From an uncultured Chlamydiae bacterium (GTDB lineage: Bacteria; Chlamydiota; Chlamydiia; Chlamydiales; SM23-39), in assembly GCA_963828125.1 (NCBI GenBank), contig CAWHDP010000002.1, forward strand, positions 1,024,001 through 1,088,000: DNA of 64,000 nt, given 5' to 3'. This document shows, piece after piece, positions 49,300 to 59,731 of the stretch (the first letter of the stretch is position 1; the number at the start of each line of letters is the position of its first letter). The notes beneath the pieces are model-generated. The model was not told the origin of the DNA, did no database searches, and worked only from the letters and a program-made list of their open reading frames with translations. The position numbers were made by a program, and so were the translations under genes.

Positions 49300-49764
49300 C
49301 TCAGTAACTTCAGAAGATTTCTGGGAAATGCCGTAAGATGCATCTCCGCGATCTCTATAGTAGAGGAATCAACCATGCATTTCAAAATTCAAGGCAAATG
49401 TGTTGGCTGCAAAGAAAGATATACTCCAGCCAAGGGAAAGACTCATTTACTCAAGTGTGCAGATGCTCTACGATTCTTGAAAAGCTTCGTCCTCATCGAT
49501 GGTTTGCTGCACTTTTTGAGCGACAATGAGATCCCCCAACTCCCTCGTAAGTGCCTGCACCTCCTGCTCCAGTTTTTCTAGATTTTGCTCATTATGAATC
49601 TTGTCGCTCCTGGCGATGATTTCCGAAATTTGCTCATTTATCGCTTGAATTTTGGCGATGAGGCCTTTAGAATTCTGGGTTATGTCTAATTGCATTGATC
49701 TTCTCCTTGTCTTTTGCGATTCAAAGAGTATCAGTGCTTTAGGCACTTTTTTTAAAGAAAAATT

Positions 49765-50007
49765 TTAATTTATGCGGCTACCCAGAAAATGGGAATGCGC
49801 CCCAGAATACTTAGAACAATAATCGTCCATTGCCTTTGTCTCTGTATCTTTTTCTTTGCAACCTACGCTTAAATAGTGACGCTTTAGTGAGTCGAAGACT
49901 TTTTGATGTCTAGCCGCAAGCTCAGGATCCCATGAACACTTAAATTCAACCCCGAGTAATGAAAAACCTAAAAAACATGGCAACAATAAACAAATTATCT
50001 TTTTCAT
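49765..50007 (-). CDS. Small hypothetical exported protein
   Basis: MKKIICLLLPCFLGFSLLG signal-like N-terminus. Confidence 0.45.
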   Translation of the reverse strand: MKKIICLLLPCFLGFSLLGVEFKCSWDPELAARHQKVFDSLKRHYLSVGCKEKDTETKAMDDYCSKYSGAHSHFLGSRIN

Positions 50008-50061
50008 AGCTTCACTTAAATTATATTGTTATAAAATACAAACAAATATCTAACGTCCTTA

Positions 50062-50334
50062 TCACTTCTTGAAAAGATCTGAATGCGTCCCCGTTCGCTC
50101 GAAGACTATTTCTTTTGGCGTAAGTCGGTAGATCAATAGCCAATCCGGCTCAACGTGGCATTCCCTGTGGTCTTTGTAGTCCCCTGTTAGCTTATGATCC
50201 CGATGCTTCTGTTCGAGTTGGGTTTCCTCGGCGAGTTTAGCCATTATGTCCTTCAGCTTCGACATGGGTCTGCCACGTTTTACAGCAAGCTTGACGTCGC
50301 GCTTGAATTGCGAGGTTCGAATCGGCGTGAGCAT
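50062..50334 (-). CDS. YafQ-family (RelE superfamily) toxin
   Basis: FKRDVK, DHKLTG, RECHVEPDWLLIY, RTGTHSDLF. Confidence 0.92.
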   Translation of the reverse strand: MLTPIRTSQFKRDVKLAVKRGRPMSKLKDIMAKLAEETQLEQKHRDHKLTGDYKDHRECHVEPDWLLIYRLTPKEIVFERTGTHSDLFKK

Positions 50335-50573
50335 TATATCCCGAGGTCTTCAAACAGGTCGTCAATGGTCTCAAATTTTTTTAAGTTTTTTCTTGATTCA
50401 GACTGCTTTAGAGCCTTAATAGTCACCTTATTCGGCTTCCTGTGCATGAACTCTTCAACACTCATCAAAACCAGTTCTTTCATTGAGATATCCATCATTG
50501 AAGCTACCATTTTTAGCCTCTTATGGGCCGAATGTGGCAAGTCAATCGTTAATCTGGATGCTTTGGCTGTCAT
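50334..50573 (-). CDS. Antitoxin (RHH, DinJ/RelB-like)
   Basis: RLTIDLP..HKRLK, PNKVTIKAL, FETIDDLFEDL; coupled to toxin; AAATACAG direct repeats upstream at 50605-50624. Confidence 0.8.
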   Translation of the reverse strand: MTAKASRLTIDLPHSAHKRLKMVASMMDISMKELVLMSVEEFMHRKPNKVTIKALKQSESRKNLKKFETIDDLFEDLGI

Positions 50574-50934
50574 GGGTTTTCCATTTTTTACTCATTGTAC
50601 CACAAAATACAGAAATACAGAAATGAGAAAAAAATAATTTTCCGCGTTTTTCGTCAAAATTGGTAGAAATTACTTTGCATGTTTTGCGAAAATTTAAGCA
50701 TTCCAACGCTTTCTGGTATTGAGTATCCCACTGATGATCATGGAGGCCATTCCGCGCGTTAGCTCATCGATCCCATCCTTGAACCCGCATGACCGAATAA
50801 TCGACTTCTGCCCTCCGGTGATTGGCAAGTTTCGCCATTCTGCCTCAAGGTCAGATACTGCAAATAGTTTCCTATTTGCTCGTGCAAAGTCTTCAGCGGC
50901 CGCAAAAGAATAGCTCAAGTCTAACCCAACTTGG

Positions 50935-50982
50935 ACTTTCCTAGCCCCCGTTGCAATTGCTAAAAAAACCACAGGATAAATG
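50935..50982 (-). pseudogene. Tyrosine integrase fragment
   Basis: IYPVVFLAIATGARK box-I-like motif, cut at the IS left end. Confidence 0.45.
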
Positions 50983-51148
50983 GCAACTGCTCATAAAACT
51001 GAGGTAATCACCCCGAAGCGGGGCCCCGATTACCTCGATTTCATGGGCACTGTTTTTCACCGTCTAATCTGTGTTCGTTGAATAAAAAATTTAGGTGATT
51101 GTTTTCTAAACATTTGCTATTGTATCCAGCCATACAAGGCATGCACAA

Positions 51149-53005
51149 ATGCAAGATTCCTCAAAAGTTCAAATTTCCTCTTCTCTTATCGATCAGCTTT
51201 CTAACGAAAACTTCCAACTCCGTCAACAAATTGATACAATGACCAATGCCTTGGCTGCACAAAAAGAACTGATCCAGCAACTCAAAGATGAAATTGCTCG
51301 CCTCAAAGGACAGAAGCCAAAACCGGACATTCCCCCCAATAACCTGGAAGGGAAAAAGAACAAGCCCGATCTATATAAACGAATTAGCCTCATCGATGTC
51401 CACGAGATGCGCGTTTTGTTCATTTCACCCGCGCAATTCACAACGAGTTTTGATGTTTCATTGTCGTCTCGCGATTTTTTCATAATCACTTCACCTTTGT
51501 TGCAAGAACGAACAGTTGAACTTTCTCGATTAGCTAGACTGATGATCAAAAATATTAGGAGAATTGGAAAACCTGGGCAACCAAGAGGCAAGAAACGTAA
51601 AAAGAAAAAAACAGTACTAGAAATCCACACCAAATTGGAAATTCAGCCTGAAAATATTCCGGATGGCGCTAAATTCAAAGGTTATTGCCATTATACAGTG
51701 CAAGACATCCTCCTTAAACCACACAATATCCAATACAAATTGGCTCGATGGGAACTACCTGATGGCACTTACGTAACAGGGCAACTCCCTAAAGATATCC
51801 ATGGGCACTATGGCCCAGAATTGGTGACTTACATCCTTCACCAATACCATGCTTGCCGTGTTACAGAGCATCTTCTATTAGACCAGCTACGCGCTATCGG
51901 TATTTTGATTTCCGCAGGCCAACTGAACAATATTTTAATTGAGAACAAGAACCCTTTCATTGAAGAAGCTGCAGAGCTAATGCTTGCTGCCACAAGTGTA
52001 GAAAACCAGGTGCAAGTGGACGATACAGGCGGTCGGCATAATGGGCAAAATCAGTACACAACGGTCATAGGGAATCGTTGGTTCAGTATTTTTACAACGA
52101 CAGAAAGTAAGAGCCGGAAAAATTTTCTCCAATTGCTTCAAAATGGAAAAGAAGAATATGTGATCAATCAAGATACCCTGGAATATCTGTCACATGTGAA
52201 CGTTGCTGAGTATCTGCCTGGCTATGTCTCTCTGTCCTTAAATAGCAAATTTGCAACACTCGCAGAATGGGAGCAATTTTTAAGGGAACGTAATGTTACG
52301 AAGGAATCAGAAGTTCGTTTTCTCACAGAAGCAGCTTTGTATGCATCTGTGATACAAAATGGAATCTCACGCGAACTGGGTGTGCATAGTGATGATGCAG
52401 GGCAGTTTTATGTATTTCAACATTCGCTATGCTGGATTCATGAAGATAGGCACTATAGAAAGCTCCTCATGACAACTGACAAGTCTCGATCTGAATTGGA
52501 ACAAGTCAGAGAGCAAATATGGGATATCTATCAAGACCTTAAAACCTATAAAGAATCACCCTCTCAAGAAGTTGCAGAGAGCATAAGCAAAAAATTTGAT
52601 GCCATTTTTCAGCAGAAAACGTCCAGTCCTACCTTGAATCACCAACTGGAGAAAACTCGTGACAAAAAGCAAGAACTACTTATGGTTCTGCGGAGGCCGG
52701 AGACGCCTTTGCATAATAACAGTTCGGAAACATGTGCCCGTGCGGCAAAAATAAAGCTGAAAATTTCTGGGGGAACTCGTAGTGAAATGGGGCAGAAAGT
52801 TAGAGACACCTTTTTAAGTCTAAAACAGACATGCCGAAAACTCGAGATCAATTTTTTGTCCTTTTTACAGGACAGAGTACGTGGGAAATATGCGATTCCT
52901 CGTTTAGCAACCGTGATTTTTGACCGAGCGCTAGCGGCTGCTGCAGACCCACCCGCACGAAACTCAAATGAAGCTGTAGAACATTGTTTGCCTCTCGTTG
53001 GGTAA
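51149..53005 (+). CDS. IS66-like DDE transposase
   Basis: N-terminal coiled coil, HYGPEL, QVDDTG, HSDDAGQF, LCWIH, PLHNNSSE, KISGGTRS. Confidence 0.85.
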   Translation: MQDSSKVQISSSLIDQLSNENFQLRQQIDTMTNALAAQKELIQQLKDEIARLKGQKPKPDIPPNNLEGKKNKPDLYKRISLIDVHEMRVLFISPAQFTTSFDVSLSSRDFFIITSPLLQERTVELSRLARLMIKNIRRIGKPGQPRGKKRKKKKTVLEIHTKLEIQPENIPDGAKFKGYCHYTVQDILLKPHNIQYKLARWELPDGTYVTGQLPKDIHGHYGPELVTYILHQYHACRVTEHLLLDQLRAIGILISAGQLNNILIENKNPFIEEAAELMLAATSVENQVQVDDTGGRHNGQNQYTTVIGNRWFSIFTTTESKSRKNFLQLLQNGKEEYVINQDTLEYLSHVNVAEYLPGYVSLSLNSKFATLAEWEQFLRERNVTKESEVRFLTEAALYASVIQNGISRELGVHSDDAGQFYVFQHSLCWIHEDRHYRKLLMTTDKSRSELEQVREQIWDIYQDLKTYKESPSQEVAESISKKFDAIFQQKTSSPTLNHQLEKTRDKKQELLMVLRRPETPLHNNSSETCARAAKIKLKISGGTRSEMGQKVRDTFLSLKQTCRKLEINFLSFLQDRVRGKYAIPRLATVIFDRALAAAADPPARNSNEAVEHCLPLVG

Positions 53006-53095
53006 TTCGCTGCCAGGAGAAATCACATTGCAAGATGCTTGCCTCCTGGGCTAGAATAATCCAGTTTTAGCAAGCTTTCAGAAGCGAATTAGAAA

Positions 53096-53572
53096 ATGTG
53101 TAAATGTAAAACAAGTTGTTCCACATATCGATGCGATTGTCTAAAAAACGGTCAAGGATGTACTGAGAAATGTCGTTGTGTTAATTGCCATAACCCTCTG
53201 AATGGACAAGACACGGAACATCTGGCATTGTGTGCTATACAAAATATTCGTATCGTCAAAGACCTTAAAGATAAAGAATTATCCAAAGAAATACTACTGC
53301 CGTGTGAATGCGAAAGCGTTCCCTTGAAATCCTTGCTGGGAGAATATGACTGTTCTAAATGCCAAGAAACTTATTGGTTTTCTTTTTGCTGGAACGATGT
53401 AGCTGCAGACAATTGTAGTTGGCATTGTGAGATTTGCAAAACATGTAGAGATTGGAGAGAGTGGCATTGTGACAAATGCAATAGGTGTACTTATGGTGTG
53501 TCACTTCCTTGTGAACATTGCGGCAAAAGGGTCCATATGCAGATTGGTAACCGAGTCCCATTTCTGGAGTGA
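53096..53572 (+). CDS. Cys-rich (24 Cys) Zn-finger protein with CXC-like N-terminus
   Basis: CxCx3Cx4CxCx6Cx3CxCx2CxN; tandem WHCxxCxxC. Confidence 0.7.
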   Translation: MCKCKTSCSTYRCDCLKNGQGCTEKCRCVNCHNPLNGQDTEHLALCAIQNIRIVKDLKDKELSKEILLPCECESVPLKSLLGEYDCSKCQETYWFSFCWNDVAADNCSWHCEICKTCRDWREWHCDKCNRCTYGVSLPCEHCGKRVHMQIGNRVPFLE

Positions 53573-53583
53573 TTACCTCAATT

Positions 53584-54369
53584 TTATGAGCACTTGCAAT
53601 CGTTAATACTCCCGATTGGCCAGGTAAATTCATTAGCCATAGGATAAATGCCTAAAGGAATGAGGTAACAATAGATATCTTGCATGTTGGATGGCAATTT
53701 TACACTCATAGGAACGGGGAACAGCTCGGCGGGGTGCCTAAATTGCAACTCTCCTTCTACAGCGTTATCGCCATTGTTTCTGATTTGGACAACCAAGTAG
53801 GCTTTCTGCCCCATCAACTCTCCAATGCTCAGCTGAGTAAGATGCTGAAAAGAATTCGAAAATAAAAGAGACGCCTGACTTTCCGCTAAAATGAAAGATC
53901 TCATAAAAATGTTATTGGCATAATCCTCATCTTCTCTCTTTATTTTCTTATAAGAAAAAGTCATGATCTGACAGCCTGCATCACAATTTATTTGAGAAGG
54001 ATTGGGGATTTCGTACCCTTTGAAAATGATCTCGTTGCCTGGAGGAGTTGTGGAAATACTAATCTCCGAACATTGAAGAGCATCCACATTTTTGCAAATA
54101 ATATTTACGACAGGAAGATTCCACTGCTCTTGAATTTTCCGCTCAAAACGGGCTAAAAATTCAGGATGCTTGAACAGAAATTCAATTTCATCTGCATCTA
54201 AAAGAATGGTGACTGTTTGATCCTCATCATTGCGCTGCACGCTATCCGTGTCCACATGAATGATCGATCCAGGAGCCAGTTCAATCGGAATTTCAAAGGC
54301 GCAAAGAGGTAAAATCTCTACGATTAGAAATGATAGGGTAAGAAAAAAACTTCGACGGCATGACAACAT
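53584..54369 (-). CDS. Hypothetical exported protein, 3' end cut by the IS
   Basis: Signal-like N-terminus, GGAG RBS; stop lies inside the IS right repeat. Confidence 0.55.
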   Translation of the reverse strand: MLSCRRSFFLTLSFLIVEILPLCAFEIPIELAPGSIIHVDTDSVQRNDEDQTVTILLDADEIEFLFKHPEFLARFERKIQEQWNLPVVNIICKNVDALQCSEISISTTPPGNEIIFKGYEIPNPSQINCDAGCQIMTFSYKKIKREDEDYANNIFMRSFILAESQASLLFSNSFQHLTQLSIGELMGQKAYLVVQIRNNGDNAVEGELQFRHPAELFPVPMSVKLPSNMQDIYCYLIPLGIYPMANEFTWPIGSINDCKCS

Positions 54370-54381
54370 TTATCTACTCCT

Positions 54382-55185
54382 TTATTTCGGTGCTACGGGA
54401 CGCTCAAACTCGTCATAGACGATTTCTCTAATCGAGCCGTTTGGCAACGTGATTTTAGTCAATCCGCCAAAAGCGCTGTATTCATAAAAGCTTATCCCTC
54501 CCAAAGCATCTACAACCTGTATCAAATGATCTTTGTCATCATAATCAAAAACAGAGGTTAGCCCTAGAGGGTCAATTTTCGACAATACGTTCCCGTTGTC
54601 GTCATATGAATACACCGTTTCACCAAAAGGAGAAGAGATTTTTGTCACTCGATCTCGTTCATCATAAGAATACCGTATGGTTTTGCCCGATTCAGAAACT
54701 TCAATAAGACGCGCGCGATCATCGTAGGCTCTTTTCGAAATGAATCCGTTGGGATAGCAAATTTCTAGAGGAAGTCCCCTTTCATCCAACTGGAAATTTT
54801 TCCTGCCGCCGCCAGGGAAATCAACAGAAAGAAGACTTCCCGTTTGAGAATCGTACTGAAAAGAGGTTGCAAATCTCTCATCTCCTTTCTTAGTTACTTT
54901 TCCATTTTCTATACTCAAAAAATTAAGACGAAATGGTTTATACATCTTTATCAATCTTCCGTATGTATCATATCGATATGCCGTAGTTATTCCGAGCCCA
55001 TCGGTTTCTTCAAGAAGATTGCCTGACTCGTCAAATTCAAATTTCCTTTCCCCTCGATAGGCATCGCTTATTTTTATGGGTCGGCCTAAGACGTCGTATT
55101 TGTAGGAAACTTCCAGCCCATTGTTATCAATAAGAATTTCCAGCATTGCTTGGCTGATCCATGGAGCCAAAAGGAGTGTAGGCAT
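54382..55185 (-). pseudogene. YD/RHS-repeat protein C-terminal fragment
   Basis: YDVLGR, YDTYGRL, YDERDRV, YDDNGN repeats; no credible start. Confidence 0.7.
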
Positions 55186-56398
55186 AGCGCTCTATTTCCT
55201 GCTGGTTTTTATCGACTAACAGCGAAACATTTTTTCCTGGCTGGTCATATAGATAGAATTGAGTGCCGGAAATCCCAGTCCCAAGAACCCGTGAATATCC
55301 ATACACATACCGTTTGTTGGTCTTCCCTTGGCTGTTTTTCTCTAGTAGAACCCTGCTAAGGGGAGCCGTTGGATCGTTAATAAAGAACGTTTTTTCCCCA
55401 TTGACACTTTTAGAAACTCGCCGTCCTTCTCCATCGTAGCCAAAAATGACTTTGTCATTTCCATTATCAAATGAAACTAATCGTCCTGCTGGGTCATATA
55501 CGAAGCTGATACTTTTTCCTGAGGACGTCTTTTTGACTAGATTTCCCGAAGCATCATAGTAAAAACGAGTCGTCCCCGCCCTTATTAATCGATTGCGATT
55601 ATCATATTCATAGTCCACAGTCCCTTTTGACGTAATCTTAGCCAAACGATTGCCAGCGCCGTCATAGGTATACTTTTCAAAGGAATGGTCAGAGCAGAGA
55701 ACCTCGACAAGTCTCTTTAATTTGTCATAAGAATAGATCGTGATTTTAGTCCCTGAGAGAGTACGTTCCTTGACTGATGTGCAATTGTTATTGCTGTCAT
55801 AGGCAAATTGATATTCAACAAGAAGTTCCCCATCTGATTTCTTGTGAGACACAGCTGTGATTCTGGGAAAGGAATCATAGCTGTATTCCGTAATAATCCC
55901 GTTAGGCAGCCGTTCCTTTACAACGAGATTTGTTTGATCGTCATATTCGTAAACAGTATTCCCAGCCTGATCAAAAACTCCAGTTAATCGACCTCGATGA
56001 TCATATTCGTACCTGACCTCTTCCCGATCAGGATAGGTAATTTTTACGATTCTATCCGCTAAATCGTAATCATAAACGATAGCACTATCTTCTGAAAATT
56101 GCGCTTTCACCAAACGGTTCGAGGAATCATAAGAATAAGAAGTAGCTTCAGAGCCTTTAGCTACTTTTGTAAGATTGCTGTTGTAATCATAGGTGTACTT
56201 AATGCTTTCGCCATTCGGATAGCGAGTTTCAGCAAGTCTGTTTATTGGATCATATGAATAAGTAATGTCTCCTGCATGAGGAGGAGTGCATTTGGAAATA
56301 TTTCCATTCGCATCATAGGCTATCGATTTTTCTGGATAATCTACTGAGAAGCAAAAATTAGAAAAGAGAAGATAAAAGCAAACAAAAAACTTTTTCAT
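55127..56398 (-). CDS. RHS/YD-repeat protein, truncated before core end and toxin tip
   Basis: Signal peptide, many YD repeats, ends just after YAYTPFG with no DPxG. Confidence 0.75.
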   Translation of the reverse strand: MKKFFVCFYLLFSNFCFSVDYPEKSIAYDANGNISKCTPPHAGDITYSYDPINRLAETRYPNGESIKYTYDYNSNLTKVAKGSEATSYSYDSSNRLVKAQFSEDSAIVYDYDLADRIVKITYPDREEVRYEYDHRGRLTGVFDQAGNTVYEYDDQTNLVVKERLPNGIITEYSYDSFPRITAVSHKKSDGELLVEYQFAYDSNNNCTSVKERTLSGTKITIYSYDKLKRLVEVLCSDHSFEKYTYDGAGNRLAKITSKGTVDYEYDNRNRLIRAGTTRFYYDASGNLVKKTSSGKSISFVYDPAGRLVSFDNGNDKVIFGYDGEGRRVSKSVNGEKTFFINDPTAPLSRVLLEKNSQGKTNKRYVYGYSRVLGTGISGTQFYLYDQPGKNVSLLVDKNQQEIERYAYTPFGSMDQPSNAGNSY

Positions 56399-56402
56399 CG
56401 CA

Positions 56403-56906
56403 CTACATCGTATACAAACTCTTCCATTCACAATTAACAGCAGGAATCTCATCGTTATTAGGGATAATTCCACCGTACATATGCAGGACAGAATCATAGA
56501 AAGATTTCATATACCCTGGCATCATCATTATTTCGATTGATATGGGATCTCCTCGATTCGAAAGCTTACAGTTTAAAGTGCCAAAAGATCTGTATTCGCC
56601 AAAATTTTTACAACGAACTAAAAGAAAAATCTCTCGACCATGAAGCTCTTTATTCGATTTTTGATTAATTTCTACATTCTCTTCGCTAAACAGTTTTGCT
56701 AGTTGATCTTTTGTAACCAAATAAGCTTTTACTTCGATATTCTTTGCGTATTTTTTATCGGAAAGATAGGCGCGAGAAACAAGATTCAAATCATCAGCTT
56801 TTGCAGAACAAAAGCAACAAGAACAGAACAGACATAAAAAACTCTTCCAAAAACGTGACATACACCCCTCTCTTGTCATACGCCAGCAAGGGCGTACTAT
56901 TTTCAA
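56403..56906 (-). CDS. Hypothetical exported protein upstream of RHS gene
   Basis: Cys-rich signal-like segment; operon spacing. Confidence 0.5.
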   Translation of the reverse strand: MKIVRPCWRMTREGCMSRFWKSFLCLFCSCCFCSAKADDLNLVSRAYLSDKKYAKNIEVKAYLVTKDQLAKLFSEENVEINQKSNKELHGREIFLLVRCKNFGEYRSFGTLNCKLSNRGDPISIEIMMMPGYMKSFYDSVLHMYGGIIPNNDEIPAVNCEWKSLYTM

Positions 56907-57111
56907 AACGACCTAGCAACCGCAGAGAAATTTCTTACGATCTAAGAGAGAGGATGATACCGAAATAATCTTTCTTGATGAAGACAATTATAGCGCAAAT
57001 GTTCGCAGAGGTTCTCAGAAATGCCGCCACATTCCAATTCAATTTTAGGTGCAAATGGACTCAAAATGGCAAAAACTCTAAAAACAGCTAGGAAAAAACA
57101 TGCCGCTTCTC

Positions 57112-58271
57112 TCATTCATGCCAATACTCCCGGCTGAAAGGATTAAATATAAAATTTCTCCCTTCAGTCAAGCATTTGAACATTTCTCTATCACTCTGAG
57201 TTGCACCCTTATAGATTACATAAGGCGGCGGCATGATCGATGAGAAATCATTCTCCTCTTCTTCTCTACCCACCATCTCCATTCTCACATTTTCTTTTGT
57301 TCCAGGGTACTTTAGGAAGACGGTGTCAGCCGTTTTCATAGTGGTATGATCTGAGGTCATTCCCATCATGAAAAATCCATTTAAGGTGGTGTCGCCATGA
57401 ATACATTCTTCCTCGATAATTAACGTATGACCGTACGGGATTTGAACTCCGATCAATTCGAGTTCATCAGTCCCTTCGCCGAGTCTAGCAAGAGCAACAA
57501 AACCTCCGGAATAGGGGGTAAGAGGGGTAATCGTCTGAGAAAAACAATGTTTCTCTAAAAAAAGACCACTTCCACTTTGAATTTGCCAATCAGCATACAT
57601 AGGTTCGTACAAATAGGTAACGAGCCGATATTCATCTTTTGAAGGGAGCTTTTTATTTGTAATCTGAAAAGGGACGTTGTTATCGACAAGCCGAGCCTTA
57701 AAGGAGCTTAGATCTACTCCTCGCGGATCGAAATACGCCAGCCTAATGAGATTTCTATCGATTTCCAGCAAACCTGGATTCAGAAAAAGGGATTGTCGCA
57801 GGTGTTTTTGAGTGACATTATATTCCCATTTTTTTTCTTCGATTGAATCATCTTCCACACCACCAATCCAATGAGCTTTGACAACCGTTACCATACTACT
57901 ATCAAATTCTTTGAGATTTAAATCCTGCAATCCACTTTCATCCTCTATAAGTCTCCTATGAAATACCGGAGGAAAATCGTTACAGATGGTGTATAAATCC
58001 CACATTCCGCACCCTGCTCCGCAGGGTGCGGAATGTGGGGAAGATAATATTCGCATCGGAAATTTGGTCTAAAATATCGGCTCTTGGGACGGCCTCCAGA
58101 GCGTTCCGCGACCCACATATTAAAAACATCGATATTTATATGAATTGGCTTATCGCTTTGGGAAAAATTTTGAACCCCCAAGGGGATCACATATGGAAAG
58201 TGTAAAGACTTTTTGATGAAAAGCCCCTGACTATCCACCACCCTCACCAGTGGATACTGCCATTGTATCAT
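57112..58271 (-). pseudogene. Hypothetical cupin-like protein (weak ureidoglycolate-lyase resemblance), interrupted by a MITE and probable frameshift
   Basis: LEKHCFSQTITPL, IHGD; two overlapping ORFs 57112-58056 and 57945-58271. Confidence 0.4.
57992..58140. mobile_element. TA-flanked miniature element with 19-bp perfect hairpin
   Basis: TATAAAT...ATTTATA ends, net 147 bp; stem 57999-58017/58021-58039. Confidence 0.6.
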
Positions 58272-58374
58272 CGCAAGCTGTCACAACAGAAAAATTGGAC
58301 AGGGGTTGGACAAAACCAAACTTATGAAAAATGATCATGGATTTAGTTTTTATTTAACTTACTGATTATTAACA

Positions 58375-58428
58375 TGCTCGGAGTGGGACTCGAACCCCCA
58401 CGGCATTGCTGCCAGGGGATTTTAAGTC
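58375..58428 (-). other. 3' portion of tRNA-Leu(TAA), att-like site
   Basis: CTTAAAA loop, long variable arm GGCAGCAATGCC, GGTTCGAGTCC T-arm, TCCGAGCA; 5' half absent. Confidence 0.8.
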
Positions 58429-58649
58429 AGACCCAATCCAACCATCCTCAACCCATCTTAACCACTATCAAACTAATAATCAATAGGTTGATGGCCACTT
58501 CAGGTGATTAGATATTATTTTAGATTGGCAGCTTTTGAGTCTTGCTGTCCCACCTGTGTCCCCTACCTTATAAAAACGACCTTATAGAAATCGATAGCCC
58601 ATTTATTACCGAACAGGTATAATCAAGACAAAGAGTTTAGGACTGGTCT

Positions 58650-59009
58650 GTGAAGAAGTTAGTTTGGGTGGGGTCGAGCTACAAGGCTCTTAAAGAATTT
58701 CCTCCGCCTGTTCGTCAGGCTATAGGGTACGCCCTATTCTTCGCTCAGAACGGAAAAATCCATGAGCACGCGAAGGTACTCAGTGGTATGGGCAGCGCAG
58801 GCATCCAAGAGGTCCGCGAAAACGATAAGAGCGGAACCTATAGGGTGATTTATACCGTGGAAACGGCCGAATATGTATTTGTGTTGCATGCCTTTCAAAA
58901 GAAATCTAAATCCGGTATTGCTACACCAAAGCAAGAAATGGAGCTATTAAAAAGCCGCCTGAAAGAAGCCAAGGCTCTCTATAAGAGAATGATTGAGGAA
59001 ACCAAATGA
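58650..59009 (+). CDS. RelE/HigB (Gp49-like) toxin
   Basis: IQEVRENDKSGTYRVIY, VLHAFQKKS. Confidence 0.88.
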   Translation: MKKLVWVGSSYKALKEFPPPVRQAIGYALFFAQNGKIHEHAKVLSGMGSAGIQEVRENDKSGTYRVIYTVETAEYVFVLHAFQKKSKSGIATPKQEMELLKSRLKEAKALYKRMIEETK

Positions 59010-59392
59010 AAACAAAAAAATTAAGAAAAAAACGTTTAGGAAATATCGAATATATTGAAAGTTCCGGGAATGTTTTTGCTGACCTTGGAATCCCCAATCC
59101 TGAAGAAGCGCTAGCTAAAGCCGAAATCGCCATGAAAATCCATGACGTTATCAAGAAAAAGAAACTCACTCAGGCAAAGGCCGCGAAAATCCTCAAAATT
59201 AGCCAACCCAAGATTTCTTTGCTTCTTCGTGGTTATTTGACTGACTTTTCTCTAGAACGGATGCTCCGTTTTTTAAATGATCTCGGTCAGGATGTCTATA
59301 TCTCAATCGTGCCTTCTTCACATTCGGGACACGGCAGCACTATGATTGGCGATTCCCCTTCCAATGCTAGGATTGCAGCCCTTGGCAAATAA
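59006..59392 (+). CDS. XRE/HigA-type antitoxin
   Basis: SSGNVFADLG, LTQAKAAKILKISQPKIS, FSLERM. Confidence 0.88.
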   Translation: MKTKKLRKKRLGNIEYIESSGNVFADLGIPNPEEALAKAEIAMKIHDVIKKKKLTQAKAAKILKISQPKISLLLRGYLTDFSLERMLRFLNDLGQDVYISIVPSSHSGHGSTMIGDSPSNARIAALGK

Positions 59393-59449
59393 AAATATAC
59401 TCCTTGAATTCCAAAAAACTCAGCTTACCAAAGGTCCAAAAGGTTCAAA

Positions 59450-59716
59450 TTAACGGAGAGGTGCTTGGAATTAAAGATGTCGTTACTTTTCAAGGCACGA
59501 CTGTCGATGAGATTGAGAAGGTTTTTAAGGACTCAATTGATGATTATCTGGCTTTTTGTGCCGAGAGAGGAGAAGAGCCAGATAGACCCTTCTCCGAAAA
59601 AGTTCAATCTACGTATACCACCTGAATTGCATGCCAAACTGTCTATAGCAGCACACCTCCATGGAGAGAGCCTTAACAATTATATCGCGAAGATGTTGCT
59701 GAGGTTAGTAGCTTAA
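59450..59716 (+). pseudogene. HicB antitoxin, 5'-truncated and frameshifted
   Basis: GEVLGIKDVVTFQG..DSIDDYL..PFS, then KFNLRIPPELH..SLN in another frame. Confidence 0.8.
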
Positions 59717-59731
59717 TCGATTGCCGCTCGA

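Larger units (their letters stand above)
50983..53597 (+). mobile_element. IS66-like element with passenger gene
   Basis: 29-bp terminal inverted repeats 50983-51011 and 53569-53597 (27/29); encloses transposase and Cys-rich ORF. Confidence 0.8.

Noticed and set aside
49375..49746. Short convergent ORFs, possibly transposase or Zn-finger fragments
   Set aside because: Too fragmentary to assign without a search
58375..58460. Intact tRNA-Leu
   Set aside because: Similarity ends just past the anticodon loop
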